The notes under the pieces were generated by a model. That model was not told where the DNA came from, did no database searches, and saw only the letters and a list, made by a program, of their open reading frames with translations. This document shows, piece by piece, positions 50,088 to 57,318 of a DNA stretch of 64,000 nt; positions within the stretch are counted from its first letter, which is position 1; each line of letters begins with the position of its first letter. The position numbers were made by a program, and so were the translations under genes. This stretch comes from Vicinamibacterales bacterium (lineage in GTDB: Bacteria; Acidobacteriota; Vicinamibacteria; Vicinamibacterales; UBA2999), in NCBI GenBank assembly GCA_050185275.1, contig JBFWZN010000005.1:131344-195343 (forward strand), written 5' to 3'.

Positions 50088-51725
50088 TCAGGCGTGGACG
50101 CCTGGCGCCTCGTGTCCCGTGCGGGTGACGTAGTCCACGTAGGAGCCCGGATAGAGATGTGGCTCGACGTCGGTACCGCTCTCGCCGCCCAGCTCGAGGA
50201 CGCGGTTGCCAAGGGCGCGCAGGAAGGCACGGTCGTGCGACACGAAGAGCATCGTCCCGTCGAAGTCCGTGAGCGCTTCGATCAGCATCTCCTTGGTGAA
50301 CAGGTCCAGGTGATTGGTGGGCTCGTCCAGGATCAGGAAGTTCGGGGGGTCGAGCAGCATGCGGGCCATGGCCAGGCGGGTCTTCTCGCCGCCCGACAGG
50401 GCGCGGATCCGCTTGTCCACGTCGTCGCCCGAGAACTGGAAGGCGCCGGCCAGATTGCGGAGCGCACCCACCGACTCCTGCGGAAAGTCGCGTTGCAGCT
50501 GCTCCTCCACCGTGAGCGTGGGGTCGAGAAGATCGAGCGCCTGCTGCGCGAAATACCCCATCCTGACGCTCGGCCCCAGGGCGACCGTTCCGGCGTCGGG
50601 CTCGAGGGCGCCGGCCACCATCTTGAGCAGCGTGGACTTGCCCGCGCCGTTCTTCCCCATCACGCACCAGCGTTCGCCCCGCCGGATGGTCATGCCCAGG
50701 CCCGCGTGCACGACGCGACGCCCCCAGGCCTTGGAGACGCCCTCGAGCACCGCCACCTGATCCCCGGACCGTGACGGCACCCGGAAATCGAACTTCACCA
50801 CCTTGCGCTTCTTCGGCAGCTCGATCCGCTCGATCTTGTCGAGCGCCTTCACCCGGCTCTGCACCTGGGCCGCCTTCGCGGCATGCGCGGCGAAGCGTTC
50901 GATGAAACGCTGCTCCTTGGCCAGCATCGCCTGCTGGCGGGCGTATGCCGCCTCGCGGTTGGACTCACGAATGGCGCGTTCGCGCTCGTAGAAGTCGTAG
51001 TTGCCGGAGTACGTGGTGATTTCTCCGCCGTCGATCTCTGCAATCTTCGTCGTGACGCGGTTCATGAACTCACGGTCGTGGGAGGTCATGAGGAGCGCGC
51101 CCGGCAACGAGCGGAGAAAGCCCTCGAGCCAGATGATGGATTCGATATCGAGGTGGTTGGTCGGCTCGTCCATCAGGAGGACGTCGGGCCGGCCGAGCAG
51201 GACGCGCGCCATGGCCACGCGCATCTTCCAGCCCCCCGACAGCTGCCCCACGTCGGCGTCGATGCGCTCGTCGTCGAAGCCCAGCCCGTGAAGGACCTCG
51301 CGGGCCTGGGCCTCGAGGCCGTAGCCGCCCAGATGGTCGTACGCGTCCTGTACCTCGCCAAAGCGCGTCAGGATGCGGTCGAGGTCGTCGGCGCGGGCCG
51401 GATCGCTCATGGCGTGCTGGAGCGACTCGAGTTCGTGGTGCAGGTCGCCCAACCGTCCGCTACCGGCGATGGCCTCGTCGAGGACGGAGCGGCCGGCCAT
51501 CTCCCCAACGTCCTGCCGGAAGTAGCCGATCGTGAGCTTCTTCGGCACGGAGACTTCTCCCTCGTCGGGAACCTCCTCGCCCACGATCATCCGAAAGAGG
51601 GTGGTCTTGCCGGCGCCGTTGGGCCCGACCAGACCAACCTTTTCACCCGGGTTCAACTGAAAGGCGGCGTCCACGAACAGGACCTGCCGGCCGTACTGCT
51701 TGCCGAGACGCGAGAAGGAGATCAC
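50088..51725 (-). CDS. ABC-F family ATPase (two NBDs, no TMD; YbiT/EttA-like)
   Basis: Two Walker A motifs (GPNGAGKTT, GKNGAGKST), two signature motifs (LSGGWKMR, LSGGEKTR) and two Walker B motifs (LLMDEPTNHLD, LILDEPTNHLD). The 673-aa ORF was trimmed to GTG 51725 (VISFSRLGK). Confidence 0.85.
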   Translation of the reverse strand: MISFSRLGKQYGRQVLFVDAAFQLNPGEKVGLVGPNGAGKTTLFRMIVGEEVPDEGEVSVPKKLTIGYFRQDVGEMAGRSVLDEAIAGSGRLGDLHHELESLQHAMSDPARADDLDRILTRFGEVQDAYDHLGGYGLEAQAREVLHGLGFDDERIDADVGQLSGGWKMRVAMARVLLGRPDVLLMDEPTNHLDIESIIWLEGFLRSLPGALLMTSHDREFMNRVTTKIAEIDGGEITTYSGNYDFYERERAIRESNREAAYARQQAMLAKEQRFIERFAAHAAKAAQVQSRVKALDKIERIELPKKRKVVKFDFRVPSRSGDQVAVLEGVSKAWGRRVVHAGLGMTIRRGERWCVMGKNGAGKSTLLKMVAGALEPDAGTVALGPSVRMGYFAQQALDLLDPTLTVEEQLQRDFPQESVGALRNLAGAFQFSGDDVDKRIRALSGGEKTRLAMARMLLDPPNFLILDEPTNHLDLFTKEMLIEALTDFDGTMLFVSHDRAFLRALGNRVLELGGESGTDVEPHLYPGSYVDYVTRTGHEAPGVHA

Positions 51726-51742
51726 GCCCGTACGATAGCAGG

Positions 51743-52096
51743 CTACTTGTCGGTCCAGACCTGACGCGCGGCCTCGATGGCCATCCGGCGCTGCACGACA
51801 TCGGCGAGATCGGCTTCGAGGAAGCGAAGGCCGCCGAGGACCCACTCGGCTACCTCCGGGTGCACGAGCCGGTAATACACATGGCGGCCTTCCTTGCGTT
51901 CCACGACCACGTGGTGCGCACGAAGGACCGCCAGGTTCTGCGAGGTGCGTGAGTGGCTCACCCCGAGTGTCTCCTGGAGCGCATTGACGTCGCGCTCGCC
52001 TTCCCGAAGCGCTTCGACGATGCGGACCCGGTCTGGATGGCTGAAGGCCCCGAACAGTTTCGCAAGCTCTCGAGCTGCAATGGCGCGACTGGGCAT
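51743..52096 (-). CDS. ArsR/SmtB-family transcriptional regulator (no cysteines)
   Basis: Contains LAKLFGAFSHPDRVRIVEALREGERDVNALQETLGVSHSRTSQNLAVLRAHHVV, a wHTH. The protein has zero Cys, so the ELCVCDL-type site is absent. Confidence 0.85.
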   Translation of the reverse strand: MPSRAIAARELAKLFGAFSHPDRVRIVEALREGERDVNALQETLGVSHSRTSQNLAVLRAHHVVVERKEGRHVYYRLVHPEVAEWVLGGLRFLEADLADVVQRRMAIEAARQVWTDK

Positions 52097-52122
52097 CGCG
52101 CGTATTCAATCACATTTCTTTA

Positions 52123-52144
52123 GAATGTCCATACATTCGAATGT
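52123..52144. promoter_or_regulatory. GAATGT-N4-ACATTCGAATGT inverted-repeat cluster in the arsR-proximal half of the AT-rich divergent region
   Basis: A perfect 12-bp palindrome acattcgaatgt at 52133-52144, plus an extra gaatgt at 52123-52128. It lies 27-48 bp upstream of the arsR start codon. Confidence 0.45.
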
Positions 52145-52237
52145 TCAACTCAATGATTGCAATGAACAGCCAAGCCCATTGGCCAGGCGAAGTGAGAAAA
52201 CAGTCGAAATAGAGGTGATATCGGTCGAAAGATAGGG

Positions 52238-52267
52238 TTGACAGCGACCCGCGCCCGTCAATACAAT
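52238..52267 (+). promoter_or_regulatory. Candidate sigma-70 promoter of the ABC-HlyD-TolC operon (TTGACA-18 nt-TACAAT)
   Basis: Consensus -35 at 52238-52243 and a 5/6 -10 at 52262-52267. Two GTCGAAA direct repeats sit at 52203 and 52224, 21 bp apart, just upstream. Confidence 0.5.
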
Positions 52268-52297
52268 TCATGTATTCATGTGTTTGAATATATGAAT
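52266..52297. promoter_or_regulatory. Nested inverted repeat ATTCAtgtATTCAtgtgttTGAATataTGAAT; candidate (ArsR-type) operator
   Basis: A 32-bp imperfect palindrome with 12 of 16 arm positions matching, centred at 52281/52282. It starts inside the -10 hexamer and covers the ATG (52292) of the ABC gene. Confidence 0.5.
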
Positions 52298-54472
52298 CAT
52301 AATACCAATTCAACCCAGCCATTCGACCCCCACCGCCTGCTGCCGGCGATCGAGTACCTCGCGCGGGTGCACGCGACCGAGGTGAACGCGCAGGCCCTCC
52401 AGGATGCCCTCCGCCGCACTGGGGATCCCTCCAGGGCGACGGCCGGGACCACGCCGGCCAGGCTCCTGGCCACGCTCGCCGCCGAGGCGGGCCTGGCCAC
52501 CGCCACCGTCCGGCGCCCGGTGGCGGACGTGCTGGCGGATGCCAGTCCCTCGTACCCGTGGCTGGCCTTCCACCACACGGCCGACGGGCGACTGGAGGCA
52601 CTCGCGGTCCTGGAGTACGGCCGCCGGGGCGTGAAGGTCGTCGTCCCCGGAAGCACGGCCCGGCCGGTTCGCTGGCCGGTGGCGAGCCTGCTCGAGTGGC
52701 TTCGCGTCGCCGACACCTCGGCCACCGTGGAGTGGCTCCTCGCGGAGCCCGCCGCCCCGCTCTCGCGTCTCCGGACGACACCGGGCATGGCGCGCATCGG
52801 TCCCGACAAGCGGCTTCGGGCGCTGCTCGTCGGCGAACGGCAGACGCTGTGGGTGGCGGTCGTGTACTCCGTCGTCATCGGACTGCTGTCGCTCGTCGTT
52901 CCGATCGCCGTGCAGTCGGTGGTGAACACGATTGCCTTCGGCTCCGTGATACAGCCGCTCGTGGTGCTCACGCTCTTCGTGCTCGTGGCGCTCGGCTTCT
53001 CGACAGCGTTGAACACCCTGCGGGCCAGTGTCGTCGAGATCGTCCAGCGCAGCATCTTCGCCCGTGTCTCGACGGACGTGACCTATCGACTCCTTCGGGT
53101 CCGCGCCGACGCGTTCGACCGGTACCACGGACCGGAGCTGGTCAATCGCTTCTTCGACACCGTCACGGTGCAGAAGTCCGCCTCCCTGCTGCTCATCGAC
53201 GGCCTCAGCATCGTGATGCAGACGGCCATCGGCATGCTGCTGCTCGCCGTCTACCATCCGTGGCTGGCGGTGTTCGACGTGCTCCTCGTCCTCGCGATGC
53301 TCGTCATCGTCTTCGCCCTCGGACGAGGAGCGGTCACGACGGCGATCACGGAGTCCAAGGCGAAGTACGCGCTCGAGGGCTGGCTGGAACAACTCGCCAC
53401 GCACCTGGTCACCTTCAAGTCGGCCGGCGGAACCACCTACGCCACGGCGCGGGCGCATCACCTCCTCGAGCAGTACCTCGACTACAGGAGCCGGCACTTC
53501 TCCATTCTCATCCGGCAGATCATCGGCTCCTTCGCCCTGCAGGCTGTGGCGAGCGCCGCGCTGCTCGGCATCGGGGGCTGGCTCGTCATCGAACGCCAGC
53601 TGACGCTCGGGCAGCTGGTGGCGAGCGAACTCATCGTCTCGGCGATGGTCAGCGCCTTCACGAAGTTCGGCAAGCAGCTCGAGGTCTTCTATGACCTCAG
53701 CGCAGCGCTGGACAAGCTGGGCGACCTCATCGATCTCCCACTCGAGCGCGGCGGGGGCGAGGCGACACTGCCCGGGACCGGCCCGGCGAGCCTCGAGATC
53801 CAGGACGTGCAGGTGTCCTACGACGACGACTCGCCCCCCGCGCTCCGCGTGGCCCACCTGTCCGTTCCCGCGGGCGAGCGCGTGGGCATCACCGGACCGA
53901 ACGGTTCGGGCAAGAGCACGCTGGCAGACACCATCTTCGGCATGCGCCCCCCAGCGCGCGGGGTGCTCCGCATCGATGGCGCCGATCAGCGTGCCCTTTC
54001 GCTGCGGACACTGCGCGAACATGTGGCGCTCGTCAGGAGCATCGAGCTGTTCCCGGGCTCCATCGTGGACAACGTGCGGCTCGGGCGATCCGCGATCTCG
54101 ATGGACGACGTCTCGGCGGCGCTCGAGGCCGTGGGCCTGCTCACTGATGTCCTGGCCCTGCCGGAAGGCATCCATACGACCATCCAGCCCCACGGCCGTC
54201 CCCTGTCACAGGGCCAGGCGCGGCGCCTGATGATCGCCAGGGCGATCGTCGGACGGCCCCGTCTGCTGGTGCTCGACGGGGCGCTCGACCAGATCGACGG
54301 GCCAGGAGAGCGCGAGCGACTCGCCGACCTGCTGTTCGATCCGACCGCACCGTGGACCCTGCTCTGCCTCACCGAGCAGCCAGACGTCCTCTCCCGGTGC
54401 GCGCGGGTCGTGACGATGCGGGACGGCGCGTGCGTGGACCTGGCGGTGACCGAAAAGGAGTTCGAGTCGTGA
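52292..54472 (+). CDS. HlyB-like ABC exporter: N-terminal C39-like domain (no catalytic Cys), 6-TM domain and an NBD with degenerate catalytic motifs
   Basis: ABC_membrane-type TMD, Walker A GPNGSGKST, signature LSQGQ, and Walker B LLVLDG. The start was trimmed from TTG 52238 (which is itself the -35 hexamer) to ATG 52292. Confidence 0.8.
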   Translation: MNHNTNSTQPFDPHRLLPAIEYLARVHATEVNAQALQDALRRTGDPSRATAGTTPARLLATLAAEAGLATATVRRPVADVLADASPSYPWLAFHHTADGRLEALAVLEYGRRGVKVVVPGSTARPVRWPVASLLEWLRVADTSATVEWLLAEPAAPLSRLRTTPGMARIGPDKRLRALLVGERQTLWVAVVYSVVIGLLSLVVPIAVQSVVNTIAFGSVIQPLVVLTLFVLVALGFSTALNTLRASVVEIVQRSIFARVSTDVTYRLLRVRADAFDRYHGPELVNRFFDTVTVQKSASLLLIDGLSIVMQTAIGMLLLAVYHPWLAVFDVLLVLAMLVIVFALGRGAVTTAITESKAKYALEGWLEQLATHLVTFKSAGGTTYATARAHHLLEQYLDYRSRHFSILIRQIIGSFALQAVASAALLGIGGWLVIERQLTLGQLVASELIVSAMVSAFTKFGKQLEVFYDLSAALDKLGDLIDLPLERGGGEATLPGTGPASLEIQDVQVSYDDDSPPALRVAHLSVPAGERVGITGPNGSGKSTLADTIFGMRPPARGVLRIDGADQRALSLRTLREHVALVRSIELFPGSIVDNVRLGRSAISMDDVSAALEAVGLLTDVLALPEGIHTTIQPHGRPLSQGQARRLMIARAIVGRPRLLVLDGALDQIDGPGERERLADLLFDPTAPWTLLCLTEQPDVLSRCARVVTMRDGACVDLAVTEKEFES

Positions 54473-55833
54473 GCGCAGAACACCACTGGCACATGGACGC
54501 CCGCCTGTCCCTGCACGGCGTACAGACGCCTCGTGCGGCCCGCGTGCTGTCGCGGCTGCTCGTGGTCATGATTGCCGTGGGCGCGACGCTCCTCGTCATC
54601 ACGCCCTGGCAGCAGACCATTGCGGGAAGCGGCCGTGTGATCGCGTTCTCGCCCGAGCAGCGCCCGCAGAGCATCGATGCACCGGTCGATGGCCGGGTCG
54701 TGCGCTGGCACGTCAGCGAGGGCGACACGGTCCGCCGCGGCGACCCGATCGTCGAGCTGGCCGACAACGACCCCGCCTTCGTCGAACGCCTCGAGGCGGA
54801 GCGCATGCAGGTTGCCCTCACGATTGAACAGGGGGCGCAACGGGCGCGCGTGCTCGAGGACCGCATCCATGGCCTCGAGGAGGCCCGGAGGACGGGCGTG
54901 GCTGCCGCGGAGCTCCGCGCGCGGATGGCCGGCGAACGCGCGGCCGCCGCCGAGCAGGCGCTGGCCGCGGCGCGCGCAGCCCAGGTCACGGCAGACCTCA
55001 ATCTCGAGCGCCAGACCGCACTGGCGGCCAAGGGCCTGACATCGACGCGGAACGTGGAGCTCGCGGTCCTGGAGGCTACGCAGAGGGCCGCCGAGGTCGA
55101 GCGGGCCATCGCCAGCCTGAACGCGGCGCGCAGCGAACTCGGGGCATTCGACGCCGAGCTGCAGCGCACGGAAGCCGAGGCGCTGACGCGCATCGACGAG
55201 GCCCGCGCCGGGCTCGCCTCGGCACAGAGCGATGTGGCCAAGGCCAGGGCGGAGCTGGCGCGCATGGATGTGCGCGTTTCGCGGCAGCAGGCCCAGCAGG
55301 TCGTGGCGCCGATCGATGGCACGGTGCTTCGCATCGTGGGACGGCAGAGTGGCGAGCAGCTCAAGGCCGGCGCGCCGCTGGCGGTGCTGGTACCGGCGTC
55401 GGTACGGAACGTCGTCGAACTCTGGATCAACGGCAACGACATGCCGATGGTCCAGGCAGGACGGCACGTGCGCCTGCAGTTCGAGGGATGGCCGGCGCTG
55501 CAGTTCACCGGGTGGCCGGCCGTCGCCGTCGGCACCTTCGGAGGCCGGGTGCTGCTGGTTGACGCCACCGACAACGGCCTGGGCCGCTTCCGCGTGCTGG
55601 TGGACGCAGACAGCACGGACGACCCCTGGCCGTCGAGTCACTACCTGCGCCAGGGAGTCAGGGCCAACGGGTGGGTGCTGCTCGATACGGTCCCGATCGG
55701 CTGGGAGATCTGGCGCCAGTTCAACGGATTCCCGCCGATCATCGCGCCGGAAGAGCCGCTGCCGACCGGAACCGAAGCCATCGCAGCCGGCGACGGCGCT
55801 GGAGGCGCCGGCACGTCAGGGGCCGCCAAGTGA
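54469..55833 (+). CDS. HlyD-family membrane fusion / periplasmic adaptor protein
   Basis: GTG overlaps the ABC stop (GTGA). One N-terminal TM, a lipoyl-like hairpin (APVDGRVVRWHVSEGDTVRRGDPIVEL ... VAPIDGTVLRI) and a long coiled coil. Confidence 0.85.
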   Translation: MSAEHHWHMDARLSLHGVQTPRAARVLSRLLVVMIAVGATLLVITPWQQTIAGSGRVIAFSPEQRPQSIDAPVDGRVVRWHVSEGDTVRRGDPIVELADNDPAFVERLEAERMQVALTIEQGAQRARVLEDRIHGLEEARRTGVAAAELRARMAGERAAAAEQALAAARAAQVTADLNLERQTALAAKGLTSTRNVELAVLEATQRAAEVERAIASLNAARSELGAFDAELQRTEAEALTRIDEARAGLASAQSDVAKARAELARMDVRVSRQQAQQVVAPIDGTVLRIVGRQSGEQLKAGAPLAVLVPASVRNVVELWINGNDMPMVQAGRHVRLQFEGWPALQFTGWPAVAVGTFGGRVLLVDATDNGLGRFRVLVDADSTDDPWPSSHYLRQGVRANGWVLLDTVPIGWEIWRQFNGFPPIIAPEEPLPTGTEAIAAGDGAGGAGTSGAAK

Positions 55834-57263
55834 AGGCGACCCGGGTCTTGCCGGTCCTGCCGGCCTTGTTGGTCTTGCTGCTCGCAGCCACGGTCGCGGT
55901 CGAGGGGCAGACGGTCACACCCCTGGAGGTCCCGGAGGTCCTCGAGTCGGTGGAGCGCGCGTTTCCGCTGTTGGAACGCGCGCGTGCAGAAGGCGACGCG
56001 GCTGCCGGTGTGGCACTGGAGTCGCGTGGCGCGTTCGACGTTCGGCTCAAGGCCGACGCATCGGCGTTGAACGGCTACTACTCAAATGATCGCTTCGAGA
56101 CCGGTGTCGACCAGCCCCTGGCGCTGTTCGGGGCCACGCTGTTCGGCGGCTACCGCGTCGGCCGGGGAGAGTTCGCGCCCTACGACGAGAAGACCCTGAC
56201 GTTGAGCGGAGGCGAGTGGAGCGCGGGCCTCGCCCTTCCGCTCCTCAGGAACCGGGCCATCGACGAACGCCGGGCGGGCGTGCGCCGCGCGGACCTCGGG
56301 GTGGAGGTCGTCTCGCAAGAGGTGTCCAGGCTCAGACTGCAGTACTTTCGCGAGGCGCTCTCCGCCTACTGGGACTGGGTCGCGGCGGGCCAGCAGCTCG
56401 ACATCGTCGCGGCGCTGCTCGACCTGGCCGAGCAGCGTGATCAGGATCTGGCCACTGCGGTGGCTCTGGGACAGGTCGCACCGATTGAACGGACCGAGAA
56501 CCAGCGCGCGATCCTGAACCGCCGTTCGGCTCTCCGGCTTGCACAACGCGCCGTCGAAGCGGCTGCCATCACCCTGTCGCTCTACTACCGGGCCCCCGAC
56601 GGCACTCCGATCAGGCCGCCGGTGGAGCGCGTGCCCGTGAATCTGCCCGCACCAACCCCACTCGGGCCGGGCGACGAGCTGGAAGGCCTCGCCGAGGCCT
56701 TGCAGCGCCGTCCCGAACTCCACGGCCTGCAGGCCCGACAGGCGCAACAGCAGATCGAGACGGCGCTGGCCAGGAACAGCCTGCTGCCGAAGCTCGAGCT
56801 CTTCGCTGACGTCTCGCGCGATACGGGAGAGGGCCGGCCCAGCCGGGCCGGCTCGGACGTGGCGGGAGGGCTGTCGTTCGAACTGCCGCTCCAGCGGCGG
56901 CGCGCCTCGGGCAGGCAGCTGCAGGCACTGGCGAAGCTGGCCGGGCTCGAGTCGGAGCGCCGGTTCGTGACCGACCGGATCAGGGCCGAGGTGCAGGATG
57001 CGGCAAGCGCACTCGACGCCGTGTTTACGACGCTGGACCTCGTGCGCCAGGAGGTGGTGCTGGCCAGGGACCTCGAAGGTCTCGAGCGCGACCGGTTTAC
57101 GCTCGGTGACTCCACGCTGTTTCTGGTGAACCTGCGGGAGCTCAACACCGCCGACGCCGCCGTCCGTGAGATCAAGGCACTCGCGGACTACCAGAAGGCA
57201 CGCGTCGCGTTCGACGCGGCCACCGGGCGGCTTGGGGACGCCTCGCCCACGACGACTCCCTAG
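55830..57263 (+). CDS. TolC-family outer-membrane channel
   Basis: GTG overlaps the HlyD stop (GTGA). Signal peptide plus two OEP repeats with coiled-coil heptads. Confidence 0.8.
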   Translation: MKATRVLPVLPALLVLLLAATVAVEGQTVTPLEVPEVLESVERAFPLLERARAEGDAAAGVALESRGAFDVRLKADASALNGYYSNDRFETGVDQPLALFGATLFGGYRVGRGEFAPYDEKTLTLSGGEWSAGLALPLLRNRAIDERRAGVRRADLGVEVVSQEVSRLRLQYFREALSAYWDWVAAGQQLDIVAALLDLAEQRDQDLATAVALGQVAPIERTENQRAILNRRSALRLAQRAVEAAAITLSLYYRAPDGTPIRPPVERVPVNLPAPTPLGPGDELEGLAEALQRRPELHGLQARQAQQQIETALARNSLLPKLELFADVSRDTGEGRPSRAGSDVAGGLSFELPLQRRRASGRQLQALAKLAGLESERRFVTDRIRAEVQDAASALDAVFTTLDLVRQEVVLARDLEGLERDRFTLGDSTLFLVNLRELNTADAAVREIKALADYQKARVAFDAATGRLGDASPTTTP

Positions 57264-57303
57264 CCGCGGCCCCTCCGCCGGCGACGCCCGATCGCGGATT
57301 GGC

Positions 57304-57318
57304 TAGAATGCCCAGGTG
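57304..57318 (+). promoter_or_regulatory. TAGAAT -10 element 6 nt upstream of the GTG start of the M23 gene (possible leaderless mRNA)
   Basis: The sequence tagaat-gcccag-GTG is read directly. No SD sequence and no good -35. Confidence 0.3.

Noticed and set aside
52238-52291. TTG 52238 as the start codon of the ABC gene (MTATRARQYNSCIHVFEY...).
   Set aside because: These 18 codons are the AT-rich promoter and operator DNA, and TTGACA is a consensus -35. The first ATG at 52292 precedes the conserved C39-like domain.
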